This document shows positions 22,510-36,345 of a stretch of DNA of 64,000 nt, piece by piece. The DNA is from Podarcis tiliguerta. Lineage: Eukaryota. Where the stretch lies: NCBI GenBank assembly GCA_965153285.1, contig OZ229121.1, one strand, 5' to 3'. Under the pieces are notes generated by a model. That model searched no databases and was not told the DNA's origin. It worked only from the letters and a program-made list of their open reading frames with translations. Positions within the stretch are counted from its first letter, which is position 1. Each line of letters begins with the position of its first letter. Made by a program: the position numbers and the translations under genes.

Positions 22510-23899
22510 GTAAGTTTGAATTGGTGTGTAATACTTGGGTGCATGTTTTAATCTAGTTCTTATCTTGGTAGCATTGCTCAAAATGTATTATTCTTAGCAG
22601 GGGGTGAAGCTTTCTCATTCTCAGGTTAACAGTGGGCATATATCCGCTGGAAGCCATAGAAATTCATTTTTTTCCCCTTTGCCTGGATTTTTTCATGTTC
22701 TAGTTTTAATATGGAAGTACAGAGAGAACCAGGCAGGATTTTCAGTGCTGCTCAGAGGCTAACAGTTGCAGAAATACTGTACTGCATGCTTCATAGTTGT
22801 GTTTCCCACCACCACAACCTTTTTCTGGTGAGGGGAAAGGATGGCAGAGGATCTTGTGAGGGAATGCTAACCTTCATTTTCTTCCCCATTGACTCCCTGC
22901 AACAAGGGGAGAGAGAGAGAGAAGCCAGACACAAACACTGTGCCACCAGAAGTGTGGTACTCTGCTATCTTGATAAATGTTTTACTCTCTGATTTTTGGA
23001 CACCCACCACCCCACTGTGAGAATACACTGTAAACCAAAGAGAGATAAATCATGTTGGCTCTGTAGTCTGCCTGCAATGCTCTAGCTTCAACACATTAAC
23101 TTCTTTGGGGTATTATTAATTCCAGTCTTGGAGGATACTTTTGCAAGTACTGATAAAGCTTTCTTATAATTCTGTATTGGCAATGAAGTAAAAAAGAAGT
23201 ATCTATGGAGAACTGAAGTTCTGGATTTTGATATAACTGGATTTTGATATAATTTACTTAATAAATATAAACGACATAGCTCTCCTGCTACTTTCAAATG
23301 TATTGAATTTAATATTGGTTGTTTGATCTTAGCTTCATAATGCTAGTGTGGAGATAACCAACTTTAATTTGAATTCTGGATATGGTTAGTATTATACTAA
23401 ACATCACAGTTTCAACATAAAGTTTTGCAATAATGGTTGGTATTGATTCTTTTAGGCCATAACATTATGTGGCTCATGCAGAACAGATCTATCTTGTGGG
23501 TTTTGATACAACAGTGTTGCTTTTAGCACTATCACTTGGAGCAGTGTGTGTATGCAGAAGCACACATGGTTGTCTTATTTGTGTCGTTGTTCCTGTAAAT
23601 ACAGAACTTAAAGGCTCTGGAGGTTTGGCTTGTCTGTAATTTAGAAATTGAGCTCCAGAAATGGCCATTCTCATAAGTAGCTTTAGATAAATAGAAACCA
23701 TGGGTGTTGGAAACTGAGCTGTGGATGTTGGATACTGAGCTGTGATTTAAGACATAGATATCTGTTAGAGAGAGGTTTTTTAACTTAAGGAAAGCATCTA
23801 TATTTATGAGAAAGGAGACAAATAGGAAATGGATCAACTACAGAAAATATTTGAACGGTACCTTATTTCTTGTTTTAATAACTGTTTGCCTTCCTGCAG

Positions 23900-23954
23900 A
23901 GATGCGAATTATGCCCCCATAAGGATGGTGCTTTGAAGAGGACTGATAATGGGG
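23900..23954 (+). CDS. MLLT10: MLLT10 exon 4 (Zn knuckle)
   Basis: ttcctgcag|AGA...GGG G|gtaagt, 55 nt. Encodes RCELCPHKDGALKRTDNG. Confidence 0.98.
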
Positions 23955-26900
23955 GTAAGTCTTTTACCTTTTCAAAAAAAGTCTCTAGTAATTTAAATAT
24001 TTTGTTCCTTTTTCTGCAGTTCAGTTGCATAAACTGATAAAATTGGAACATAGCTTGTGTGGTTAAGATTTTTGGAGCCCCACGTATAAATATTCTGTTA
24101 TTCTAAAGAGCTCTGAAACTTAGGTATTTCAGGGTTTGTATATTTAATAATTTAGGTGCTCATCACTGTAAAATGTATTTATTCTTGCAGCATGTATATG
24201 AGAAATCTTATCTTCCTCTTACACATGGAGAATGAGAGCACTGCATCATGCTAGAGGGCTGTATATAAATTGTAGACTTTAATTTTATGCAAAAATAATT
24301 CAGTGTAAGTGAACAGTGAAGGTTATTTAATTCCTTCGGTGGCTATGGTTTGCTAACTCAAGTGGCACACTTAATATGACAAGCAACTACTTGATGGTAC
24401 CACCTGACTTTAAATGGGTGTTTCCTTCTCCCCAAGCCAGCATGGCTAATGATCAGGGTTGGCAAAATTTGTAGCCCAGCAATATCAACACAGCACACAC
24501 TAGCTTGCCCAACCCTGCACCCATCCATTATAGAGAAGGGCTCTTGAAGAAGGTCTTTAAACTTGTGGCTAGGCTCATGTAGAAGAAGAGATGTATCCAT
24601 GACCCACACCATTTAGGGTCATCAGCACTTTGAATTAGACTTTGGAGCCAATGCAGGTTGTTTGTATTAAAATACATGGAAACTTATCTGTGCTTAATTT
24701 TTTTTCATTTTTGTGAAGGCTTAATTTGGGTTTCTGTGGTGATTACTTTCCTTTTCCATGGTTCCATGATAAAGTTTTATTTTATAGACCCATCTCTTTT
24801 TGAGACTTTTTGAGGTGGCTTACAAAAAGCAGAAATAGGATAAAAGATAAAAACATGGCACTAATACAAACATGTTTATACTCTCATTTTAACTTACAAG
24901 CCAGGTTTCTTGCTAGAATGCTTTTTAGAGGGAATCAGTAACACATGATTTTTTAAATTTTGGCTAAGAGCCCCAAATGTGCTTATTAGAAGAAAGCAAA
25001 AGTCTGCATTGCTTACTTTAGCTTAGCTTTAATTTGCCTAATGATTCATTAGCATAATTTTCTTGAAATAGGACGTGGATTATTATTGATGCAAAGCTAT
25101 CTCTTATTCAGTGTAGGAGTCTAGTGTAAGAGATGAAAATATGCATCAAGAAACAAGTTGCTCTTGCCTTCATGCTACTTTGTATGGAAAAGCAGCTCAT
25201 ATACTTCAAGAATTTTCAATTCAGCCTTGTATTACCACAATGAATAAGGTGTTAACTTCCATGAACTTGTGGTTACTGACATGGAATATGTGTATCGATT
25301 AGGGTACTGTCTTAGTGGGTAGAGGGTGCTGTTTGGGGGGTGCAACTACTCCATTGTCATGGAAAGTTGACTTTCTGGGAGTATCTGTCAAGTCTTGCAG
25401 AGGTGGCGGGCTAATAAGGATTGTTCTCATCTGTAGGTTGATGGATCTAGTTGGTTTCCAAACTGCATTTTTGGTGCACTTGGCAGACTGTCCTGTCAAA
25501 GCTCTAGCTCAGGGGTGGATAACTACTTAGCTCAACAGGCCACATCTTTATCTTCCCCCGACCCCTGGGGCCCAACTTTGATGGGGGGTGGGCCACAACA
25601 TGTCAGTTGACTGATAGGTGGGAATTCCTGTGGCAGTGCGGGGAGCGGTCTGCTTCCTGTGCTCATTCCCTGCAGGGAATCTGCTGGCAAAGCAAATCCC
25701 AGCAAGACTGAGTTTCTTGCTCTCCAGTTGGTGAGCAGAGAGTGTAGTCCTGCTGCCTACAGGATTCACAGTACTCAGCAGGATTTTACCTTGTCCCCTA
25801 TCCATCAGCTGAAGTTACCCAGTGACACTGGCTGGTGGACGGGTGGGTATGTTTGGGGGCAAATAGCTTCATGGGTTAATTTTGCCCCTTGGCGGACCAA
25901 GATTGGTTCTCCACCACCCACTGGAACTGACTTGAGTATTGGACATGATGGCTGTAGAACAGGAGTAGCCAGTGCACCTCCAGATGTTGGTAGACTCCAA
26001 CTCCCATCAGGCCTGGTCAGACTTGCTCTAGATATTCAAGGCAATTGAGAACAATGAAGGAACTGGATGATGAGGTGTAGAAAGGTGTAGGAAAGGTCAA
26101 GTTAGGTTCAGCTGAACACAGATTCTTTGGTGGTGTCTTTGAAGAAATCCTATCTTCACCACTGTTTTATCTGCACAGTGCCATCCACTGGAGCTTTTTC
26201 AAGTCATAAAAGTCCTGTTACAACATGACTAGCTCAATTTTTACTTTTAGATAGTTGATGAAATCCACCCTGCTTCAGGCTTTGAGGGGAGGGAGTGAAG
26301 TCTTAAAGAAAGGGCACACACACTTAAATGTTTCTGCCAGATAGGTTCCCCACCCCCTTGTATTATGTTTCTGTATTTTAAATTGGTACTGTTCTTATAT
26401 TTATGATATGGTATTAGCCAGCCCGAGGGATCCAAGGAACCATGTTTGGCAGCACACCAATTTAAAAATAAATATAAATGAGCTGCCGAACATTAAATTG
26501 CTATCTACGCAAAAATATCAGCCTCCTATTATCAACAATCTGGAGGATATGCTATAAAAATAATAAAGCCTTTAAAACTATTTTCAAAAGTTGCTTCTGG
26601 ATAATGCTTGCCTAAAATGAAGATTACTTTCAACTTAATGGTAGGGTTTGCATGGTATTTATTAGGAGTAGGCTTTTGCCAGGAAAATCATGTTTTTTCT
26701 TGCCCTGGGAAAAGCTATTTTTTCTCATATTTTAAGACATTATAAAAAATTTTCATTATTACAATATTATGTTTCAAGCTGTGTTTATGACATGTAGCTT
26801 ATTTAGCGTTGAACGAGGAAATTGTCATAGACCATGTTATATTTTTAGTTTTGTATTCTGTTAACAGAATTTATACTACATTAAAAACAGAATAGCATGT

Positions 26901-28777
26901 AAAAGAACGAAAATAATAATAATTTGGGATCAGATCTTAACTAAAGTTCTGCTGGTGGGAACAACCTGTGGGTGGAGTTCATTTAGTAGGAAGCTCCCAC
27001 TAGGATTTGGGGGGGGGGGTGGCATTTTCTTCCATTCCCCCTGCATCACCTTGTGGTTTGTACCATTTGGTGACATTCTGGAGCATCATGAGAAAGGGGT
27101 TGCTGGGGAAGGAGAGGGTAGCGGAAAATGTTACCCTGCCCTGCACCCTGGCAGCATTTTCTGAATTCCTATTCCTGCTGCAAACAGAAAGAGCTATTCC
27201 ATTCATAATCTCAGAATAACAATAGTAGAAGAACAAAAGTTCAAATTTTGAGGCATTAAGTAAAGATAAAGACAAAAGGTTCAGTGGGCAGAGGGACCTG
27301 GAAGAAGCTACACATAAGACTACATCTTGGTGGTCCTGTTGGAACTCCACTTGAAACTGACAATATCACTAACTGTTGCTATACCAAGCTTTCGTCATGT
27401 CCACTTACTGTAAATTGCCCCGTCACATTGTTGCATTATACAGTTGTTTCTCCTTCTGCATCAGTTTCTTGTCTAATAGCATCTTACTCTTTTTAAGAAG
27501 CTGGATACTTTTTGTTTGTGTATTAGATTCACTAATTTAAATTCCAGTTGCTTGCTGTAGCTGGCAACGTATATCTTGCAAGATTTCCACAGAGGTCTTA
27601 ATCACTGCATAAACAACTGACCTTATGTTTTGCTTGTACTACTACTCCTAAATTGCACATCTTTGATCTCCAGCTAGATGCCCTGGAGTAAGAATGAACA
27701 CCAGAGATGCTTATTTTTTAAAGCTCAGTATCTCTGCAAAAACATTTGGGTGTTGTTGTTTGTGTTTGTGTGTGTGTGCTTTAAATAAATCAACAAGAGA
27801 CTTAAAAAGCTGTGAGGGAGTTGGTTCTTTTAAACTGATACAAAGCATCCAGTATTTGCAATCTTTCTTGTTTTACGGTTTTGTTTGGAAGCCTGCACTG
27901 TACACGACAAAGCTTTTTAGTTCAGCATATTTAGAACCAGTTATTGGATTGAAATCTGTTCCAACTGGATGCTGATCAGGAATGTTGTGCATCAGCATTC
28001 TTTGTCAGCTTTATAACAGGATTTCTGGAAGGCAGCTGCTTGGTTGAAAGCCAACTAACAATGCAATAGTGTCGTCATTTTTTTAAGGGTTAGAGTGGGG
28101 ATCTCCTAAGCTTGTAAGGAATGTCACATGCCAGCTTTTGAGTCAGCAGCTTTCTCCCTCTGAATTTCATTAAGGCTCTGAAAGTTAAAAGAAAAAGCAC
28201 TAATGCAAACTTAAGTTACCGAAGTGCTGTCGCCGACTACTGCTAATATATTATATTAAGTACTTATATCTGCTTGTAGCCGGATTCTGATATAAATTAC
28301 TTAATAAATATAAACAACATAACCCTTCCGCTACTTTGAAATGTGAGATTTTAATATTGAACTCAGCTTCATAATGCTAGTGTTGAGATACCCAAATTTA
28401 ATTTGATTGTTGAATCATCTGTTTTCAAACTTGGACTGATTTGCGGCTCAGACTTGGACTTGATTGAAGCTCAGAGCAGGGCATGTTCGACACCACCTAA
28501 GTACTGGTGTGTTGTATAGTAAGCAATAAATAAAAAAAATACTAAAGATGGTCTGATAAAACAAATTAGTAGGTCTTCTAAAAGCAAATAGTTTTTGTTA
28601 AATTATTTTCATTCATTGTAGAAAGAAGGGCATTCAATATTGAGACAAGTTCTGTTTCCAGGAATTCGGAAGGTAGCTTCTTGTGAAGTTGGCACCTTCC
28701 ATGTATTCCAAGTCATCTATCTGTTTGTATAGGAAGACACTGTGGTGCTCTTCAGGAGCTGCATAAAGGGAAGGATG

Positions 28778-28999
28778 CAGAGGGCCTTCTCAGTAGTCGC
28801 GCCCTGTGGAATGCCTTCCCGTCAGATGTCAAGGAAATAAACCACTATCTGACTTTTAGGAGATGTCTGAAGGTGTAGGGAGTTTTTATGTTTGATGTTT
28901 TACTGTGCTTAGTGTTTTAATTTGTTGGAAGCCACCCAGAGTGGCTGGGGCAATCCAGTCAGATGGGTGGCATATTATTAATAACAATAATAAATAAAC
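28778..28999 (+). mobile_element. L2 LINE 3' fragment
   Basis: Decayed RAFSVV..LWN.LP C-terminal motif, then the gccacccagagtggctggggcaa tail and an AT-rich end. Confidence 0.85.
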
Positions 29000-29989
29000 A
29001 ATGAGAGAGAGGGAGTGAGAAACCAAAAACCAACATAGCAGAAATGCACTCTGGTCTTGCCTTTCATTTTCCAATATTTGGTGATTGCCTTAAGGGTGCT
29101 CCTTTTGTTTTATGGACAAGATACCCTCCTGTTCTAGACATTCCTCTTGTTTCTGTTATCCATCTCAGGCATACCATGAGCAGTGTTCGAAACTCCCATT
29201 GCTCTAGGCGCATTTTGTGACAAGGAATTTCATTAGTGCAAGAAGTTTCTGAGCTCTGGGTGCAGTACTGTGCCTAAGATTTCAGATTAAAACTGCAGAG
29301 TGGAAGGAAAGGAGGACCTTTTTCTGTCTCCCCACTTCCAGCTACTCTCTGAAGACTAGAGAAGAGATTCTCTTAAGAATATTAGGGGGGTGGGCAGGGG
29401 AATGACTAGACCATGTGAAAAATGAACATAATATTTTAGCATTAGTTCATTCATTTTCAGCTTTGTATTCTTGTTATAAAAAAAGTTCACCTAGACATTC
29501 CTTGGTTGCACCTATAACCTAGGTTTAAGGTGCCATCTAGCTCCTAGCTTTCATATCTCAGTTTCTAACACTGACCATGAGAGAAGCAACACCAAACTCC
29601 AAAAGTTCTCCCAAACCAAAGGGTAACTCTGATCAGCCCCAACCTGGGAATAAACCCTTCCTCTTGACTCAAGGCTCCTTAGTTTCACTTGCAGATATGT
29701 GGTGAAGGGCCATATTGTAGGTGGGTTCTGCAAACAGTGAGAGAAAGTTATTCCCCCTTCAAGCATACGCAGAGACCATTCTCTTATCTTCCCTTGCTCA
29801 GGCAACCCAAGAAAAATGCAACACTATTCCAATGCTATCCAATACTTTCTGGAGAGAAGAGTAATAGACTCCGAGCTAGTGCCAGAGGGATAATTACTTC
29901 TTTAAGGTGAATTATGTTTTTGTCAGTATATTGAAGAAATCAGAAAACCTCAGAAAGATTGTAGATCTCCACGCTCTGGCATGGAGATG

Positions 29990-31250
29990 GGTTGCACTAT
30001 TTCTGCGTGCCTGTATTGTTAAGATTTCATCGCATGAATAAATTTTATAGAGGACTAACTAACTGCCTCGTTGACTTTGCAATTGTTCCTTCTGAACTTC
30101 AGTTGTTCTGTCTTCAGCTCCTTCTTCCTGTCCTTGGTCCTAGTTACCAATAAGACTTACCTGAAGATGGTAGAGTACAAGTTTTATTCCTGTTTGTAAG
30201 ACTACCTGGTTGTGTCTTTAACATGTGCAGACTACTGTACAGAAGCCCTAGAGGCACATGTTTTTGATCACTCCTTCTGGAAGCCAACTGTTTTTCTTTT
30301 CGAGGGGGGAAAAATATGTTATCTCTGATAAAAGGAGATTTAACTCTTAGCAAGACTGTTGGAGGTGATGGGTTTTAATTTCAGCTGACTTTCTTGGGCC
30401 TATCTACATGTCTGAGCTCTTCAGACATTCCTTCTAATCTTCAAGATCAAATTGCATCAAGATTGAACCCACATATCTGAATACCCAGGAACTCAAAAGT
30501 CAATATCCCAGTGGACTGTGGTAGAAAGGTATACATATCAAAGACTTACTCATAGTATATTCAGAAGTAACCATTGCCAGCCTACCTATGTGGGAAGCGC
30601 ACTTCAAATAATTCTTCATCTAGGAGCTGTGGTCACACGCTGTAAGACATCTTGTAGCATCAGCTTCCTAGAGTTCTGAGTGGTCTGTCTGACTCTCAGT
30701 ACCTTTGCTCTCCTGTTGGACAGAACAAATGTGTCTTTCCAAACCAACAAATACATGTGAAAAAGCTTATTGGAAGCTGTGTCCTACCTATGGAAAGCCC
30801 TTGCATGCCTTCTGTTGAGTGAAGCAGGACTCCTTCAACAGCCAGGTATCTGAGAGGCATCTACAATGCTTGGATGGTAGTTGAGCAGGCAGCAAATAGG
30901 CCATTTGGAACAATCTCTAACTCTGGAGGTTCCTTCTGATCAGTTATGTTTGGGTTCCAGTTGTTGACTTGCATGTCTGCTGAAGAAGCAAACTAGGGAC
31001 CAAATGTGGGTGCAGACATGAATTATGAAAAAGCAGATGATGCCTTTCAAATGTATTCTGTAATCCCTATAACAGTTAGAACGATTAGATGCTACTTTGG
31101 TTATTTCTAGGTGGCCAAGACGTTCTTGGTAGCTCTTGATGGCTCTTGATGGAGGTTCTGTGAACACTTCCTGCAGAGGTGCACCCGCTGTGCAAGGAAG
31201 GGCTCTTCTCAGCCCCAGCTATTATGGTTGCCACCTTGAAGATGGAAAGG
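29990..31250 (+). mobile_element. Decayed DIRS-type retrotransposon (RT, RNase H and methyltransferase-like region)
   Basis: Collinear broken motifs: PVLLRFHRMNKFYR (30010), YSCL*DYLVV (30185, like YLDDWL), VTIASLPMWEAHF (30567, like TTDAS..GWGAH), SISFLEF*VVCLTL (~30656, like HIN.LEL.AV.LAL) and TLVISRWPRRSW (~31094, like ILIAP.WPR..W). Confidence 0.75.
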
Positions 31251-34200
31251 CAGGCCTTAGGCCTTACTAGCTATCAGGATGTCACCCAGTGTGACTTCCA
31301 TACCTATGGCATAATTTAAGCTATAAATTATCCTAGCATATAATACTTGGAAGGCCCTTGTCAACTGAACTGTTTAGAATTGTCTGCTGTTATCTTAGTG
31401 AGGGATATAGTTCTGTTTGCAAGATGACTGGATTGTGGTCTGCAGTCAGATACACTGAGCTTCAGTGTAATGCAAATTCTCACAATACTTGGTGAGTTCC
31501 TTAAGTAACATGCATTCAGAGGGTGCTAACTGCCCACTGTAAGCGCATAGTAGTGTTAGAACTTAATGTTGTTGCCTATTCAGAACCCAAGGTTTTTTAA
31601 CACATAATAATATTGGATACTTCTTATCTGGTGCAAATGTGCTAAAATTTTGAGGGGGGTGGGAAGTCATATCCTTATCTTGCTCAGTTAAGAGGACATT
31701 TCTGCCTCCAAAGAGATCCCAGCTGCTTTCAACATTCCCTGAAAAAGCAAGTGTTATGTCATGGGGTTTGTATCTAAGGGTTTGGAAGAAAGGAAATCTG
31801 AAAAATGATTAGCTCATGAAAAAAAGCTGTTTGAATGGAGCAGTGTGCATAAACAATATTAGCCAGGAACGCAGCAGGTCACTTTCTAGGACCCTGAACA
31901 GAAGAACACGTTATTTCTAGTGGCAGAAAGCAGATGGGATGCATTAGTTCCAACGTCTGTTATAAAAGGTTATGAGTTCCTGTGGAAAGGGGAACTGAAA
32001 AATGAACACCAGTGGCTTTCTGGGACACCAAAGAAAGCTATAGCCCTAACTTCCACTTTAGTATAATCTGCTCTACATAAATCAGTGTTTCAGTTTGCCA
32101 TAACCTCATGTGGGCAGCTAGCTACTTGAAATGCAGCAAAATTAATTTCCCAGCAGTTTTTTGGTTGTTAGGAGCACAAAGACATTGTTTCCAGCGGGTA
32201 GCAACAGAAATAACTAAAGCCAAAGTGGTATTTCAGTGCAACTTCATGTATCAATTCTGGGCTGTTTTTTACTCCTCCTATTAACAGCACACCAACCAGA
32301 ATACATTTATCATTTAATGCTGTATCTCAAGAGTGTGGAGACTTTTTCAGCCTGAGGGTCAGGTCACATTATCTTAGGGAAAACCTTCTGGATGTTGCAT
32401 TCCAGTACTGGGTGGGGCAAGAGAGAATACTGGGTGGAGCAGTAGATGCAACTCTTACTAGAGATATATATATATTTTGGAAATTCTGAACCCACAGGAG
32501 AATATTTTTTTCCTGTTTTTTTTAGGGGTGTGGAATTTTGTGGGCAATTAAAAAAAATTCTACAACTTTTTAAAGCCGCTTTTACAGGTCATGTGTCAGT
32601 TTGTTGCTTTAGGAACATAACATGTATTTTGTATAATATGGTTTGCCATTAGATTATCATGTTTGGTATATTAAAATACAATTTATTTGGTCCATTGCAA
32701 ATTGAATTTATATTTTTAATTAATTTCATTTTTTGGTTACAAGTGGAGCTCCAAGCTGCTGAACTGTAAGGAGTCTAGCATCCCTTTCGTTTTGTCAGTT
32801 TATGAGAATGGAAAAACAACAACAATAAAAGCAGGAGAAACCATTATGATTATAGTAAAAATAAGAAAACTATATATTTAACTAAGTCCTACTCAGAGTA
32901 GACCCATTAAAATTGAGGGACCTATGTTAGTCATGTCTCTTAACTTCCAGCAGGCCTATCTAAGTAGGACTAGCATTGAATACCACTCTGTCTCCTTCTG
33001 TTCTCCATAACCTCAAGCAGACATAATTCACTCATTGCCATAAAAAGAGCTGTGAGGGGGTGGGGAAGGGGCAGAGGGAAGGCAGAGCCAAGACTCAATG
33101 AATACTTCATGAAATTTAATCAATCTCATTTTCTGAGCTATCTCAATCCATTTATGCTTCTTCATATTTGTCATCATATTTATTATGGACTTCTAAATAT
33201 CAAAGGTTTGCCTGGATAGAAACAAATTTTATCTACCCTGTCACATCTTTCAATTTTCCCATTTTTGGAGAGGGAAAAAGGCTTCGGGGGGGGGGACAGC
33301 ACTAAATGTTGTACACGTGATTGGCACTTGTGTGTTTAGTTTTCCTGTGTTAAATATTACGGAGGGAGGACTGATTGGCACTTTGATGTGGGGATAAGTG
33401 TGTGTGTGGGGGGGGGGATTTAATTCATTGCTCCTGTCATGGTTCCAATACAGGTAGGACTTGCCCAGTGGTTACCATTTGCCTTCAGAGGAAAGCTGCC
33501 ATTGGGTGTAAAGATTTTGAAAGACAACAAAGTAAACGAGGGCCAGTCACATGCACAGTGGCATGTTTGACCTTGAGAGTATATTATCCTTGTCCCTTGT
33601 GCACACATTCTCTCTTGTGGAATTTGGTGTGTGTGTCATAACATTTTTGCATGCCGGAATAGGTTGATTCAGACTTTTGGCAAGGGGTGTTTGTTGCGTA
33701 TATACCAGTGCATAGTATGTATGCTGTAAACACCACAATTCATTTCTGTTTTGCAGATATTTATAAATAGTTCTGGAGCAGGTTCCAGAGAGCTGCAGAC
33801 AATCAAATATTTCTCTGTTCATGGCCCCAAATGTTTGCAAACCTGTTTCAGCTTTACGTAATATTTGCTGTTCGCAGCATTGCCATGTAAAACATGATCT
33901 ATTACCTCATGCATGGTTTGAAACAACTGAGTATACACGGAATAGGTAGAGCTGAGCCTTATAACACTGTATGAAGATTAGATAAGTTGTATATGTGATA
34001 TTTCTAACAGGTACTTTGTGTACCCCTGTGATATTTTTTTTCCTTCTTCATGTTTGGACATTAACACAGATATAGAGAGTGTGTGAAGATTGGGACCTAA
34101 TTTCTTGTGGAAGGCTGCAATTACGTTTTGAACATTCCTGCTATTCTGCTGCTTTTCATATTGGGAAATTGGTGTATCAAACTGTCTGGGAATTCTCTGT

Positions 34201-34938
34201 ATAAAGTAATCCAGGACAGAATATGGGCAGCTCTTGAATAGCAAAGTAATTTTCAAGCTGAGCTATTTATGCAATGAAACAGTAGCAGACATGGTTAAAT
34301 TGTTTTCTTTGGCAAGCACAAATTGGTGACTCTCTTGGGAACCACAGAGAACCTGAAATTAGGCAGGCTCTTATCTGGGTCAAGAATCCTTGGAAATTGA
34401 AAAGAAAAAACTGTCAGAAAAAAAATACCCTACTGGTCTATGAAATACTATCAAAAGCCACTGAAAGAAAGCTGCTTTATGCTGAAATACCATTCTAGGA
34501 TACCACACAGGAAGATATAAAAGTAATAGTGTCAGGTCTTAGATGTAAGCAACAAGAAAAGGAGCAAATAATTCATTCTTTCTTATGGAAAGGTGTGAAG
34601 AGAAAACCATTATAGTTTAATTATCTGCATATTTTCTTCCCAATTTCAAGCATGTAGGCCTGTTAATTTCAATGTGAATTAAGAACTAGGTACAATCTAA
34701 AAGTGTTTTGTTTCTACTTTTGCAAAATCACTATTTATATTAGTTGTTTACAGCTCTTTGAAAATATGTAATCTTATCTTTATATGCTGTGATGTGTTAA
34801 GGAATGTGTTAGATACTTACATTGTGTTTAAATAATTGAAAATACATGTAACGTATGAAATGTTCTTTTTATAGTTGAAATTATTCTATTTGTATTGTCA
34901 GAAGGCATTAAGAATAAAATGTAATTAACTTTTTATAG

Positions 34939-35048
34939 GTTGGGCTCATGTGGTTTGTGCTCTGTACATTCCCGAGGTGCAATTTGCAAATGTTTCTACA
35001 ATGGAACCTATCGTGTTGCAGTCTGTTCCTCATGATCGCTATAATAAG
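34939..35048 (+). CDS. MLLT10: MLLT10 exon 5 (PZP domain)
   Basis: ttttatag|GT...AAG|gtataa, 110 nt. Encodes (G)WAHVVCALYIPEVQFANVSTMEPIVLQSVPHDRYNK. Confidence 0.98.
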
Positions 35049-35644
35049 GTATAATTCTACTATGACTTATTTTCTTGATATAATTTCGTATTTGAAAAAT
35101 ATGCTATATATTTTCACATCTCATTAAAAGCAAACAAGCATATTTTGCTTTGAAGGGCTTGTGTTTCTTTAAAGAACATTTTGTATGAAAGAAAATGAGT
35201 AAAATTATTTACGTCTTACTGAAGTTTATAGCATGAGGTAATATCTACTTAGATATCTAATGTTTTTCATCACCAACTGATCAAATAGGTTTATGACATT
35301 TCCTGTTTTATTAGTAATCACTATATCTAGCAGCAGATTACTGTTGATCAGTTCCTTGATACGGTTCTTATTAAAAGCTAATTGAGAGTAGAATTGAATT
35401 TTTCAACTGTTGTTGTTGCTGTTGTTCTCTCCCTTTCTTCTTATAGCACAATGTTCACAGTTCTCGTTCTCTTGCTTTAGGGAAGCATCTGTAGTTAAAC
35501 ATTGTTTTGCCATTGAGAAAGTGAATGAAATATCAGCAGGAGCTCCCCACCCACTCATGTTCTTTACACATAATAGACCAGTGTAGAAATTCAGTTGGAA
35601 CGTGTGTTGTGAGATTTAGATTATGCTGACTCATAAGTTAAGTA

Positions 35645-36130
35645 CAGGCGACTCCCCACTTATGCGGAGGTTACATTCTGGTCCCCCCCACACATAATTG
35701 AAATTGGCTAAAGAAGGGAGCACCCTCTAAAAAACCCTTGAAATGCCCTTTCTGTAGCTCTCTCTTCAATCTATACCAAAATTACTGTATCCAAAAATAT
35801 CCACAGCTAGAATTGAAGTTCTGGGGCTGGCAGGAGGCTAGAGGACTTTCACGAAAGTAGCAGCTGCTGCTGTGCTACCCCGCACATGCAGCTGTTAGGT
35901 GCGGAGGCTGAGCAGTGTAAACAAAGCCCCACTACGCCACTTCAGGGTTTCCTCCGCCCTCACTGACGTCCTTTTCATGCTTCCGGGAGGTTCTCCTCAC
36001 GAGCCATGAGGAGACTCCAACTCTCTCTCTTGCCATTTCTAGGTGAATTGAATTATTTAATTATTTTCTGGTACTGCGTGTATATGAGGTTACACAGCAG
36101 TCAATCATATGTAAGGGGGGGGGACACCTG
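35645..36130. mobile_element. Tigger/pogo-like MITE
   Basis: TA|CAGGCGACTCCCCACTTA at the left end and TAAG(G)nACACCTG|TA at the right: imperfect TIRs with a TA target duplication. Confidence 0.75.
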
Positions 36131-36267
36131 TATTATTGGAGTTGTACATGCATAGAGCCCAGTAAACAAAAGTGTACAGATTAGGGGATTCAGGTCCTTG
36201 TGTGTAAACCGCTTAGAGGTTTTATTACAGTGAAGCAGGATATATGTTTTGGTAACGGCTTAAAAAC

Positions 36268-36274
36268 GTGTGTG

Positions 36275-36343
<69 letters not shown>
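36268..36343. repeat. Compound (GT)/(AT) microsatellite
   Basis: Read directly from the sequence. Confidence 0.95.
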
Positions 36344-36345
<2 letters not shown>

